Origin: a virus
DNA length: 38,949 nt
Virus genome (UHGV): UHGV-0097970
Reading direction: 5' to 3' (one strand)
The notes under the pieces were generated by a model, which did no database searches, had not been told where the DNA came from, and was given only the letters and a program-made list of their open reading frames with translations. This document shows, one piece after another, positions 30,155-38,708 of this stretch (position 1 is the first letter of the stretch; each line of letters opens with the position of its first letter). Position numbers and translations under genes: made by a program.

Positions 30155-30379
30155 TTATGCTGCCTGATTAGGTTTTGGAAACAGGTGTGGCAAATCGGGG
30201 CGAATTTCGTAAGCCTTGATCTGCCCTCCAGTGGCGTTAACGATGGCGGTAACTTTCTCTGGAGAGACCAATCCGCCTTTCAGCCATTTGTGTACTGCTG
30301 GCTGCGTTACACCACACTTGTCGGCAAGGCGCTTTTGGCTACCGACAATTTTCAAGGCTCGTTGAATTACTAAATTCAT
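30155..30379 (-). CDS. cro: Cro-like repressor
   Basis: MNLVIQRALKIVGSQKRLADKCGVTQPAVHKWLKGG... Cro-like HTH; AGAGG RBS; divergent from cI across the operator region. Confidence 0.8.
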   Translation of the reverse strand: MNLVIQRALKIVGSQKRLADKCGVTQPAVHKWLKGGLVSPEKVTAIVNATGGQIKAYEIRPDLPHLFPKPNQAA

Positions 30380-30400
30380 GAGCATACCTCTTGTGGTCAT

Positions 30401-30490
30401 TGATTATAACCAAAGATAACTCAAGTTATAAAAAATAGCAATAACCTTTGTTATTTTACTTTGGATAACCGTAGTTATAGATTTGTGGGT
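30401..30490. promoter_or_regulatory. OR operator region with pR/pRM; three ATAAC-N4-GTTAT operators
   Basis: Sites at 30415-30428, 30440-30453, 30464-30477 spaced about 24-25 bp; minus-strand -10 TATAAT (comp. 30402-30407) upstream of cro. Confidence 0.7.
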
Positions 30491-31198
30491 ATGAAAACAT
30501 TCGCAGAAAGACTAAATGCAGCCATGAGCTCAGCTGGGGTATCACAATCACAGCTTGCTGACATGGTTGGAATATCTCAGCCAGCCATACAGAAGATGTC
30601 GTCCGGTAAAACAAACGGATCTCGCAAGATGGTTGAATTAGCCAATGCTTTAAAAGTGCGCCCTGAATGGCTTAGTTCTGGTATTGGTGAAATGAGGGAT
30701 GGTGCACATGAAGAACCATCCAATGTCCGTGAGTCATCTTTAAAAGCTGTGGTATGGGAAGACATTAAAAGAAACGATGACGAGTTTGTTGCGTTGCCTC
30801 TTCTTAACGTTTCGCTTTCAGCGGGAAGCGGTAGCTGCGAGCTAGAGGAATCATCGGAGTTCTCTTTGGTTTTCAGAAAGCACTATCTGAAAAAGATGGG
30901 AGTATCTGAAAGATCAGCCAAGCTAGTTAGGGTTGTAGGGCAAAGCATGGAACCAACGCTTCACGATGGCGATGTTGTTGGTGTTAACACGCAAGATACC
31001 ACCATCAGAGATGGTAAAACCTACGCTATTTGCCAGTCTGATTTGTTACGAGTAAAAACATTAATCGCCACCCCTACATCGGTGATAATCAGATCAATAA
31101 ATCGCGAAGAGTACCCGGATGAAGTAATGGATAGAGATGAATTTCATGAAACCGTAAGGATTATTGGCAGAGTATTCTGGTCGTCTCATAGTTGGTAA
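30491..31198 (+). CDS. cI: CI-type prophage repressor (HTH + active-looking S24 peptidase)
   Basis: HTH LSQSQLADMVGISQPAIQKM; C-terminal GQSMEPT (Ser present) and LRVKTL Lys; start at MKTFAERL since upstream ATG overlaps the operators. Confidence 0.9.
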   Translation: MKTFAERLNAAMSSAGVSQSQLADMVGISQPAIQKMSSGKTNGSRKMVELANALKVRPEWLSSGIGEMRDGAHEEPSNVRESSLKAVVWEDIKRNDDEFVALPLLNVSLSAGSGSCELEESSEFSLVFRKHYLKKMGVSERSAKLVRVVGQSMEPTLHDGDVVGVNTQDTTIRDGKTYAICQSDLLRVKTLIATPTSVIIRSINREEYPDEVMDRDEFHETVRIIGRVFWSSHSW

Positions 31199-31238
31199 CC
31201 GATAATCAGAAGAAGACTTACGGAAGTGCGGAGGGATA

Positions 31239-31535
31239 ATGGAATTTCTGATAGTTTTTGTTGTTGTTTTGGTCATCATTCTTTTTGTTTTGCTAAGCAT
31301 TAGTAAAAAGCTATCTCAAGTGATTGAACATAGCTCTAATCGCGCAAAAGAAGAAGAGCATCTAATTGATATAAAAGATATTCTCTCTGATATAAAAATC
31401 ACATTAGATGAAATAAAATACACAACAGATCTAATTGAACAGTATAAAATACCAACCCCAAACGAGAGAAAAGCAATAGATCAATATCGTATTGACTTAG
31501 AAATCGACGAAATGCTAAGCAAAAGAAAAGACTAA
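31239..31535 (+). CDS. Small single-pass membrane protein co-transcribed with cI (rexAB position), hypothetical
   Basis: 98 aa: hydrophobic N-terminus EFLIVFVVVLVIILFVLLSI then charged helical region; extremely AT-rich; 40 nt after cI stop, followed by terminator. Confidence 0.6.
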   Translation: MEFLIVFVVVLVIILFVLLSISKKLSQVIEHSSNRAKEEEHLIDIKDILSDIKITLDEIKYTTDLIEQYKIPTPNERKAIDQYRIDLEIDEMLSKRKD

Positions 31536-31540
31536 AAACA

Positions 31541-31567
31541 CCCGGCCTCAGCGCCGGGTTTTCTTTT
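31541..31567 (+). terminator. Intrinsic terminator ending the cI operon
   Basis: CCCGGC-ctcagc-GCCGGG followed by TTTTCTTTT. Confidence 0.7.
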
Positions 31568-31699
31568 CCTGCCGTTCACCACCCAATCACCCATCATCAT
31601 CATAGACAAGCATCAAGCCAAAGGTAACACCTTCACCCCGCACGCAAGCCCTCAAACACCAATCAATCAGCAACATTTACAAAAATAAAATACCTTTGT

Positions 31700-31780
31700 T
31701 ATCCATTACTTATAACTTATTTACCACAAAATATAAATTAGGTTATTGACCACACCTATAACCTAAGTTATCTTTAAGCC
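31700..31780 (+). promoter_or_regulatory. OL/pL region
   Basis: -35 TTGACC (31746-31751), 17-bp spacer, -10 TATCTT; operator-like ATAAC-N4-GTTAT at 31758-31771 and ATAAA-N4-GTTAT at 31733-31746. Confidence 0.6.
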
Positions 31781-31820
31781 ATCAGCAGGACGCTGGTAGC
31801 CAAACGGAACAGATTGGCAG

Positions 31821-31862
31821 GCTCTTTAACATTGATGGGATTGTCCCGCCGAAATGCGGGAA
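31821..31862 (+). promoter_or_regulatory. nutL (boxA GCTCTTTAAC + boxB CCCGCCGAAATGCGGG)
   Basis: Same boxA/boxB pair as nutR, here on + strand between pL and N. Confidence 0.7.
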
Positions 31863-32055
31863 CCAAAGAGTAGTTGGCTTTGGGATTGGATGAATGAGCA
31901 GGCTGATGCTCGACCAATGTATAAACAGCGCTCATGGCAAGCAGTAACCAATCTGCGCCTCAAGACAGCGTCACTGGTAGTGCGGGCGCTCTAACCAGTA
32001 AGCCGGGGTTCAGCGCCGGCCATCCAATCGCCAAAGTCAATCATCGGAGGTCAAC

Positions 32056-32355
32056 ATGACAGTAGTCATTACATATCTGGCTGACGATAACGCCAGAAAT
32101 CGCCGCAGAGCACGCAGACAGGATCAACGTGAACAGGCAATGCAAGAACAGCGACTGGCGCGAAAAATTGCGCTAAAGCTCTCTGGTTGCGTCAGAGCAG
32201 ACAAAGCAGCATCACTCGGAAGCCTTCTCTGCAAGAAGACAGAAGAAGTCGAGAGTAAACAGAATCGTATTTACTACCGCAAGCCACGCAGTGAAATGGG
32301 TGTGACTTGTGTTGGTCGCCAGAAAATGAAATTAGGCAGCAAACCACTTATTTGA
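32056..32355 (+). CDS. N: N-type transcription antiterminator
   Basis: Arg-rich motif DNARNRRRARRQDQREQ near N-terminus; C-terminus YYRKPRSEMGVTCVGRQKMKLGSKPLI resembles lambda N (WYSKPGERGITCSGRQKIKGKSIPLI). Confidence 0.8.
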   Translation: MTVVITYLADDNARNRRRARRQDQREQAMQEQRLARKIALKLSGCVRADKAASLGSLLCKKTEEVESKQNRIYYRKPRSEMGVTCVGRQKMKLGSKPLI

Positions 32356-32363
32356 GGTGATAT

Positions 32364-32615
32364 ATGGAATTTCATGAAAGTGCGATTTATGATTTTCGCG
32401 CTAACGCAAATTCAGTAAAACCACAGCCAATTGCAGTTCTTTTTAAAACAATGGGTGCGTGGGCTGTTTTATGCTTCGCCGCTGATGACACTGACGCAAG
32501 AATGGCAATAGGCCAAGAGATGGAGATGGACCCGACAAACGATGAATTCATAATTTATGGCGCTCCATCTAATTACTTACTTGATACCTGCAACATTTAC
32601 AACAAGGCTGCCTGA
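32364..32615 (+). CDS. Hypothetical pL-operon protein
   Basis: 83-aa ORF 9 nt after N. Confidence 0.45.
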   Translation: MEFHESAIYDFRANANSVKPQPIAVLFKTMGAWAVLCFAADDTDARMAIGQEMEMDPTNDEFIIYGAPSNYLLDTCNIYNKAA

Positions 32616-32837
32616 TGGTGGCCTTTATTTTTAGCATAAACAACAGAATAAACACTGCACTGTGCATTCATTCCAGCGAGTGAATACACGGAGCAATGTC
32701 GCTCGTAACGAAACAGGAGCCGACTTGTTCTGATTATTGGAAATCTTCTTTGCCCTCCAGTGTGAGGGCCTTTTTATATGCATACCAATAACGCTTCACT
32801 CGAGGCGTTTTCGTTATGTATAAATAAGGAGCACACC

Positions 32838-33002
32838 ATGCAATATGCCATTGCAGGGTGGCCTGTTGCTGGCTGCCCTTCCGAATCTTTACTTGAACGA
32901 ATCACCCGTAAATTACGTGACGGATGGAAACGCCTTATCGACATACTTAATCAGCCAGGAGTCCCAAAAAATGGATCAAACACTTATGGCTATCCAGACT
33001 AA
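32838..33002 (+). CDS. cIII: CIII (FtsH inhibitor)
   Basis: MQYAIAGWPVAGCPSESLLERITRKLRDGWKRLIDILNQPGVPKNGSNTYGYPD appears identical to lambda CIII; AAGGAG RBS. Confidence 0.95.
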   Translation: MQYAIAGWPVAGCPSESLLERITRKLRDGWKRLIDILNQPGVPKNGSNTYGYPD

Positions 33003-33084
33003 ATTCACTATCGCCACTTTTATTGGCGATGAAAAGATGTTTCGTGAGGCCATCGAAGCCTACAGAAAATGGAGGTCAAAATGA
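32971..33084 (+). CDS. kil: Kil-like small protein
   Basis: MDQTLMAIQTKFTIATFIGDEKMFREAIEAYRKWRSK overlapping the cIII 3' end as lambda kil does; from memory only. Confidence 0.5.
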   Translation: MDQTLMAIQTKFTIATFIGDEKMFREAIEAYRKWRSK

Positions 33085-33269
33085 TTCCGGTAGAACTGGC
33101 GAAAACTCCAGAATTAAGTCGATTAAAAAGAGAATATCACATTGCTGAGGCTCGTTACTGGCGTAAAGCGGGAGATAAATCAAAGAAACAACTTTGTTTA
33201 TGGCAGGCTCAAAGAGAGCGCATGAATGAGCGCGAATTTCTTTCCGCCCCATCCGAATTACCATTCTGA
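33081..33269 (+). CDS. Hypothetical protein
   Basis: 62-aa ORF MIPVELAKTPELSRLKREYHIAEARYWRK, GGAGG RBS, ATGA overlap with kil-like stop. Confidence 0.4.
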   Translation: MIPVELAKTPELSRLKREYHIAEARYWRKAGDKSKKQLCLWQAQRERMNEREFLSAPSELPF

Positions 33270-33277
33270 GGCAAATT

Positions 33278-33958
33278 ATGGGAACTGCGACATTAATACT
33301 CGGTGAATCTGGCACCGGAAAATCAACCAGCATGAGAAATATCAATCCAGAGGAAGCAATACTTATAAAACCAATAGGCAAGCCGCTACCATTTAAATCA
33401 AAAGACTGGCTTGCATGGGATGCCAGAGCAAAAAAAGGAACCGTAGTTACCACTGACAAATGGGACGTAATAGTTGCCGCAATTAAGCGTGCTCACGAAT
33501 ACGGGAAAAGAATCGTTATTGTTGATGACTTCCAGTATGTGATGAGCAATGAGTTTATGCGCCGCTCAGAAGAAAAATCGTTTGATAAATTTACTGAGAT
33601 AGGCCGCCACGCATGGGAGGTGATTAAGGCTGCACAGGATGCACCTGATGACCTGAGAGTCTATTTTCTTGCACACACCGAAGAAACCCCTATGGGGCGC
33701 GTGAAAATGAAAACTATCGGCAAAATGCTGGACGAGAAAATCACTGTCGAAGGCATGTTTACTATAGTTCTTCGCACCCTTACCCGTGATGACCAGTTCT
33801 TTTTCACCACAAAAAACAACGGTGCAGACACTGTTAAATCCCCAATGGGAATGTTTGACTCCAATGAGATTGATAACGATCTCTCTTTCGTCGATGCCAC
33901 TGTTTGTGATTACTACGGCATCAATAATGTTCATCAAATTAAGGAAAACGCCGCATGA
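33278..33958 (+). CDS. P-loop ATPase, Sak4-like recombination protein
   Basis: Walker A GESGTGKST at residues 9-17; Walker B-like IVIVDDF; 226 aa; followed by SSB-like gene. Confidence 0.65.
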   Translation: MGTATLILGESGTGKSTSMRNINPEEAILIKPIGKPLPFKSKDWLAWDARAKKGTVVTTDKWDVIVAAIKRAHEYGKRIVIVDDFQYVMSNEFMRRSEEKSFDKFTEIGRHAWEVIKAAQDAPDDLRVYFLAHTEETPMGRVKMKTIGKMLDEKITVEGMFTIVLRTLTRDDQFFFTTKNNGADTVKSPMGMFDSNEIDNDLSFVDATVCDYYGINNVHQIKENAA

Positions 33959-34542
33959 GCAACGTGATTTTTACTTATAACGAAGAAGCAGCACTGACCG
34001 CAGGGCAAGGTGGTTTTATTAACGAAACTGGCGCTCATATCATTACCATTACTGAAGCAGAACTAAAGCAATCAGAAAAAGGAGCCAAATTTATTGAGTT
34101 TTCTGGCGAATCCGACGACGGACGTAAAATCCAATATCTTAGCGTCTGTGTTCAGAAAAATGACGGAACGGAAAATAAATTTGGCGCAAATGTCGTCCAC
34201 GCCATGATGGGGTGTGCCGGGATTGGACAATTAACGCAACATATGGTTTCCGCCAGTAAATTTGTTGCTCCTGAATTTCATGGAAAGAAAATCGGGTTAG
34301 TGCTCCAGAAAGTATTAACCACAAACAAAAAGACTGGCGCAGACAGCTACCAGATGGAAATACGCATCCCGTTTATTGCAAAAACAGGTCAAACCCTTAA
34401 AGAAAAGGCGGAAGGCAAGCAACCAGAAACTATCGCCAACATGGTTGCCAGCCTCAAAGATAAAGACAATCGCTCTAAAAACGTAAGCCAGAATCATGCA
34501 GATGATTATGGTTACAGCCAGAACGATTACCCTCCTTTCTGA
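33955..34542 (+). CDS. Putative phage ssDNA-binding protein
   Basis: 195 aa, start overlaps ATPase stop; acidic aromatic C-terminal tail ...DDYGYSQNDYPPF like SSB tails; family not confirmed. Confidence 0.45.
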   Translation: MSNVIFTYNEEAALTAGQGGFINETGAHIITITEAELKQSEKGAKFIEFSGESDDGRKIQYLSVCVQKNDGTENKFGANVVHAMMGCAGIGQLTQHMVSASKFVAPEFHGKKIGLVLQKVLTTNKKTGADSYQMEIRIPFIAKTGQTLKEKAEGKQPETIANMVASLKDKDNRSKNVSQNHADDYGYSQNDYPPF

Positions 34543-34565
34543 TTACTGAAAATAAGGCTCCCATT

Positions 34566-34862
34566 ATGCCAGCGCCTCTGTATGGTGCGGATGACCCGCG
34601 CCGCTGTTCCGGCAATTCCGTATCGGAGGTGCTGGATAAATTCAGAAAAAACTACGATCGGATAATGTCGCTACCGCAGGAAACGAAAGAGGAAAAGGAA
34701 TTTCGCCATTGTATATGGCTTGCAGAGAAAGAAGAACGCGAGCGAATTTACCAGACATCAATCCGACCATTCCGCAAAGCCACATATACCCACTTCCCTG
34801 AATATATCGACCCGCGCCTGCGTAATTACCGCTCACGCTATGGCGCTATCAGTAATGACTGA
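34566..34862 (+). CDS. Hypothetical protein
   Basis: 98-aa ORF. Confidence 0.4.
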   Translation: MPAPLYGADDPRRCSGNSVSEVLDKFRKNYDRIMSLPQETKEEKEFRHCIWLAEKEERERIYQTSIRPFRKATYTHFPEYIDPRLRNYRSRYGAISND

Positions 34863-34872
34863 GGAATTTACC

Positions 34873-35037
34873 ATGAGAGGACTTGCATACAATCCCGGCA
34901 TTCTTCCGGCAGAAATGATTATTCGCCAACGCGTAAAGCCAATGCCATCGAGAGAGGAATTGCTTAAGAGAAATAGTTTCGGTTCTGTTAATGACAACAA
35001 ATATCTGAATGCGATGTGGCGCAAAGGAGGCAACTAG
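34873..35037 (+). CDS. Hypothetical small protein
   Basis: 54 aa from internal ATG of track ORF 34720-35037, GAGGAA RBS. Confidence 0.4.
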   Translation: MRGLAYNPGILPAEMIIRQRVKPMPSREELLKRNSFGSVNDNKYLNAMWRKGGN

Positions 35038-35570
35038 TGAGCAAGATTGACTATCAGGCACTGCGTGAGTTAGCAAAACAGGCAACACAGGGCGAATGGG
35101 TCGCATTTATTTCGCCGGGCAAATACGGCACGTACGCCGTACACACACCAGGTGATAATCATCACGGAGATATTGTCGACTGGCCAGGATTCGACGAACA
35201 GAAAAACGCAGAGAACAACGCTCGTTATATCGCAGCTTTCAACCCTGAAGTAGTACAGGCGCTGTTGGATGAACGAGAAGCCCAAAGCAAACGCATAGCA
35301 GAACTGGAAGCACGGGAAATAAAACCAGCCAAAGGTGAAGTTCTTGTCGTTGTTTCTGGTTTTACTGGTTGCGGAAAAAGCGCCATAGCCGGGGAAATAG
35401 AAATCGCGATGAAGGCTATTGGTGTACCGGTTCAGTGGACTAATGGCGATGCGGAAAAGCGTATGACAGGAGCTGACTGGCTGACAGCGATTGAGATGTA
35501 CAAACCAACAGTGCGCATCGTGGAAGTTAATGTGCCACGCGCCGCTGGCATTCGCATCAAAGGAGAGTGA
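35037..35570 (+). CDS. Ead/Ea22-like protein
   Basis: KIDYQALRELAKQATQGEWVAF motif typical of Ea22-like proteins; GTG start after AAGGAGG. Confidence 0.65.
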   Translation: MSKIDYQALRELAKQATQGEWVAFISPGKYGTYAVHTPGDNHHGDIVDWPGFDEQKNAENNARYIAAFNPEVVQALLDEREAQSKRIAELEAREIKPAKGEVLVVVSGFTGCGKSAIAGEIEIAMKAIGVPVQWTNGDAEKRMTGADWLTAIEMYKPTVRIVEVNVPRAAGIRIKGE

Positions 35571-35575
35571 GTGAT

Positions 35576-35773
35576 ATGGATAAAAATACCCCTGCTTACT
35601 GGAGTTTATCACTTGATACCGAATGCCCAAAATGCGGTCACAATTTCGATCTGCTTTGTGATGCTGATTTTTGGGAGTTTTCGGGAGCAAAACAGGCGTG
35701 TGAAGAAATAGAAGGTTACGAAACATGCTGCCCAGAATGCAACCATGAATTTAAAACAGATTTTGTGTATTGA
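35576..35773 (+). CDS. Small zinc-ribbon protein
   Basis: CPKCGHNF...CCPECNHEF two Cys pairs; ATG 8 nt after AAAGGAGAG. Confidence 0.5.
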   Translation: MDKNTPAYWSLSLDTECPKCGHNFDLLCDADFWEFSGAKQACEEIEGYETCCPECNHEFKTDFVY

Positions 35774-35783
35774 AGCATAGCAA

Positions 35784-36743
35784 ATGACCACCTTTACCAA
35801 AGAACAGCTAATTGATCATATTAATGATCGCAAAGATGTCCGTCAGAGAATGTTGGATACCGCAACGATTTCTTCTGGATTCCGAGAATATCTTGAAAGA
35901 GAGCTTGCTACCGATCAGATTGCCCTAGCTTCGCTGGAAGCTGAACCTGTTCTGTATCAGTCCTGCACTCGCCCCACCTGGAATAGCGGTGTTCCGTGGA
36001 CGGAATGGAAAGAACGTAGTCGTGAGGGCTACGAAGACGATTTGCGCTTTACAGACACGCCTGACCATGCCGGTTGGATAAACAAATGTCGAAAACTATA
36101 TACCACTCCGCCAGCGCCGATAGCGTTAGAGGCCATTGAAAACGCAATTGAATACATCCGCAGTATCGCTTTTCACATCAATGAAGACGATTACCACGGC
36201 AAGCATATTGCGTATTTCATGCGACAAGCATTGGCCTGGCTGGAAGGGCATTCATGCAGCGACGACAGACTGGGTAAAGCCGAGAATCAAACAGTACACG
36301 GCAACCAGGCTGCCGAATCCAATCGCGGTAATGAGTGGACCGGCAATCCTGATATTGATAACGCCATCATTATGCTCGATCGCATAGATACGCTGGAAAG
36401 TTGCGATGATAACCGTATTGAGGCGGTTAAAGCTGTTTTGCGTAAACTGGCTGGCAACTCTCCGGTAACTCAGGATAGTTGGATAAGCTGTAGTGAGAGA
36501 ATGCCTGTAATCGGCGAGCTAAATTGGAGAACTAGTTTTCCTTTGCTGATTACGTGTGAGATCGGCGTTATACCAGCTTATTACGGCTTTGTGAGCGTTA
36601 ATGGGAATAAGCATTATGGTTTTATGGAGAGTCTTAAATACGGAGACGATAACGGCAACCATCCTCAAACTAATGAATATGGTCTGATTAGCAATGTCAC
36701 ACACTGGATGCCACTACCAGAACCGCCGCAGGAGGCAAAATGA
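35784..36743 (+). CDS. Hypothetical protein with DUF551-like C-terminal domain
   Basis: C-terminus WISCSERMPV...THWMPLPEPP resembles DUF551 from memory. Confidence 0.5.
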   Translation: MTTFTKEQLIDHINDRKDVRQRMLDTATISSGFREYLERELATDQIALASLEAEPVLYQSCTRPTWNSGVPWTEWKERSREGYEDDLRFTDTPDHAGWINKCRKLYTTPPAPIALEAIENAIEYIRSIAFHINEDDYHGKHIAYFMRQALAWLEGHSCSDDRLGKAENQTVHGNQAAESNRGNEWTGNPDIDNAIIMLDRIDTLESCDDNRIEAVKAVLRKLAGNSPVTQDSWISCSERMPVIGELNWRTSFPLLITCEIGVIPAYYGFVSVNGNKHYGFMESLKYGDDNGNHPQTNEYGLISNVTHWMPLPEPPQEAK

Positions 36744-37000
36744 TGGATGTAAAAGAGAAGGTTTTGCAGGTGATGCGTTCCCGTTCTGCCCTGCAAGAGA
36801 AAGCTCTCGGCGGGGAATATCCATTCACGATAGCAACCTGGAATCTGCGGTTGGCAATGGAGAAGGAATTTCCTGATGAAGAATGGCGTTCGGCAGATTT
36901 GCGCAAAATTCTTATGGAGCTGGCTAAAGACGGAGCAGTATCCAAAGATACCTATGCCAGCCGGATTGGTCAGGCGGTATGGAGACTGGAGGTGCGGTAA
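36740..37000 (+). CDS. Hypothetical protein
   Basis: 86-aa ORF with ATGA overlap to the upstream gene. Confidence 0.45.
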   Translation: MMDVKEKVLQVMRSRSALQEKALGGEYPFTIATWNLRLAMEKEFPDEEWRSADLRKILMELAKDGAVSKDTYASRIGQAVWRLEVR

Positions 37001-37038
37001 TGGCTAACCTGCAACTTGCCGTCAAATGTGAATAACAA

Positions 37039-37066
37039 TCCTCGCACTCGCGGGGATTTCTTTTAT
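37039..37066 (+). terminator. Intrinsic terminator (first of tandem pair)
   Basis: TCCTCGC-act-GCGGGGA then TTTCTTTT. Confidence 0.55.
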
Positions 37067-37069
37067 CTG

Positions 37070-37094
37070 AACTCGCTACGGCGAGTTTTGTTTT
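37070..37094 (+). terminator. Intrinsic terminator (second of tandem pair)
   Basis: AACTCGC-tacg-GCGAGTT then TTGTTTT. Confidence 0.65.
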
Positions 37095-37107
37095 ATGGAG
37101 ATGATAA

Positions 37108-37275
37108 ATGCACTTCCGAGTCACAGGTGAATGGAATGGAGAGCCATTCGACAGGGTTATCGAAGCAGAGAACATCAACGACTGCTATGACCACTGGATG
37201 ATATGGGCGCAGATAGCACATGCAGACGTAACCAATATTCGAATTGAAGAACTGAAAGAACACCAAGCCGCCTGA
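37108..37275 (+). CDS. Hypothetical small protein (55 aa; not in ORF track)
   Basis: My translation: MHFRVTGEWNGEPFDRVIEAENINDCYDHWMIWAQIAHADVTNIRIEELKEHQAA; GGAG 7 nt upstream; bracketed by terminators. Confidence 0.4.
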   Translation: MHFRVTGEWNGEPFDRVIEAENINDCYDHWMIWAQIAHADVTNIRIEELKEHQAA

Positions 37276-37290
37276 TGGCGGTTTCTTTTT
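37267..37290 (+). terminator. Intrinsic terminator
   Basis: GCCGCC-tgat-GGCGGT then TTCTTTTT. Confidence 0.6.
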
Positions 37291-37305
37291 GCCTGGAGAA
37301 TTAAG

Positions 37306-37497
37306 ATGACCGATACCAGCCTGATTCCTGAGAAAGAAGTGATGAACAAGCTCGGTGTTTCATCACGTCAGACAATCTGGAACTATACCAAACGGCATGG
37401 ATTTCCGAAGCCAGTCAGAACCCACCCCAAATCATACCTTCGCGAAGCTGTTGAAGGGTGGATTCTTAACGGTGGCGTTAATCAGAAATGCTCCTGA
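37306..37497 (+). CDS. AlpA-family excisionase / DNA-binding regulator
   Basis: EKEVMNKLGVSSRQTIWNYTKRHGFPKPVRTHPKSYLREAVEGWI fits the AlpA/Xis pattern. Confidence 0.8.
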   Translation: MTDTSLIPEKEVMNKLGVSSRQTIWNYTKRHGFPKPVRTHPKSYLREAVEGWILNGGVNQKCS

Positions 37498-38656
37498 TGT
37501 GCCAGAACAATTTATCAGCGTGAAGCTCATACGCTTTGCGCTGAGCCTCTATCCAATCGTGTTTATTGTATACGGACATTATCCCGCCAAGTTCATGACC
37601 GAGCATTCGCTCAGTAACATGAGGCTCGACATTCATCTCGGACAGACGTGTAACAAGCGTTCTTCTGAAATCATGTGTTCGCCAGTAACCTATATCCATC
37701 CCTCCCCTTATTCTATTTACGAATCGGTTGGCTGCAGCGATGCTGATCGGTTTGTTTATGTCTTCTCCAGGGAAAAGAACATCATTGTACGTTGTCATGG
37801 CCTTTTCGAGAAAAGGCTTAATTTGTTCGAAGATTGGACGACGGATAACATTACCCATCTTGCTATGCTCTTTCGGTACGGTCCATACGTTGTCCAGCAG
37901 GTCAAATTCTGTCTTTGTTGCCAGCCTAAGCTCTGAGAGCCTCGCCCCCCACAGCATAAGCATCTGATGAAGGAGCTTATTTGACGTAGACGCACGGCTT
38001 CTTTCAATAGCAAGCCAAATCTTAGCCAGTTCGTGATACGACAGTACCCGATCCCCTACCTCAGCGCGGGAGCCGAAGTCCCTTGGCTGGATGCTCATAA
38101 TTGCGCAACTATCTATCAACTGACGCCGCATGCACCAACTAATTGCTGATCTTAGTTGACTTAGCACCTGCCTTGCTCGGCGTGGATTATCTCTTTCTTC
38201 TTCGGTAAGCAGGTCAACCCATTGCTTAACCGTGATAGAAGATGCCGGACGATTAGGAAATGCGTCATGCATGCGCTTCATAACCGTTGATCGGTAAAGT
38301 GCCTGGGTCTTTTCTCTGAGAGTTGTAGAGACGTAGTTGTCGAACCAGTAGTCGAGACACTGGGCGACCGTCATGGAGTTCTCCACCTTCTCTTCAAAAT
38401 AAGTGCGTGGATCCGTTCCTGAGAAATAGAGCTTTCGCAAGTCAGCAGTGATCTGTCTGGCATCCTTCAAAGACAGGGATGGGTATCGACCAAGCCCAAG
38501 TCGATTAGGCTTGCCATGCCAGCGATAGCGGTACTGGAACTGGATGACCCCCTTCGGTGAAATTCGTACGCTGAGGCCATCGGCATCAGCCACTTCTTGT
38601 GGGCCCGAATATGGTTTACCATAAATAGTACGAAGTTTTGTGTCGCTTATAGCCAT
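37478..38656 (-). CDS. int: Tyrosine integrase
   Basis: 392 aa; N-terminal arm-binding-type region; C-terminal catalytic signature HDFRRT ... GHELGGIMSVYNKHD with Tyr; adjacent to attR. Confidence 0.95.
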   Translation of the reverse strand: MAISDTKLRTIYGKPYSGPQEVADADGLSVRISPKGVIQFQYRYRWHGKPNRLGLGRYPSLSLKDARQITADLRKLYFSGTDPRTYFEEKVENSMTVAQCLDYWFDNYVSTTLREKTQALYRSTVMKRMHDAFPNRPASSITVKQWVDLLTEEERDNPRRARQVLSQLRSAISWCMRRQLIDSCAIMSIQPRDFGSRAEVGDRVLSYHELAKIWLAIERSRASTSNKLLHQMLMLWGARLSELRLATKTEFDLLDNVWTVPKEHSKMGNVIRRPIFEQIKPFLEKAMTTYNDVLFPGEDINKPISIAAANRFVNRIRGGMDIGYWRTHDFRRTLVTRLSEMNVEPHVTERMLGHELGGIMSVYNKHDWIEAQRKAYELHADKLFWHIRSISD

Positions 38657-38665
38657 AAATAATAT

Positions 38666-38708
38666 TTGGTACGCTCAAAAATAATGGTTTGGTACACATC
38701 TGGTACAC
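38666..38708 (+). promoter_or_regulatory. Putative integrase arm-type sites (3 copies) overlapping the int promoter region
   Basis: TTGGTACGC (38666-38674), TTGGTACAC (38689-38697), TGGTACAC (38701-38708); same motif as 111-131. Confidence 0.45.

Noticed and set aside
37355-37936. 193-aa + strand ORF and other ORFs overlapping the integrase.
   Set aside because: Antisense to the integrase, which has clear catalytic motifs; no independent support.
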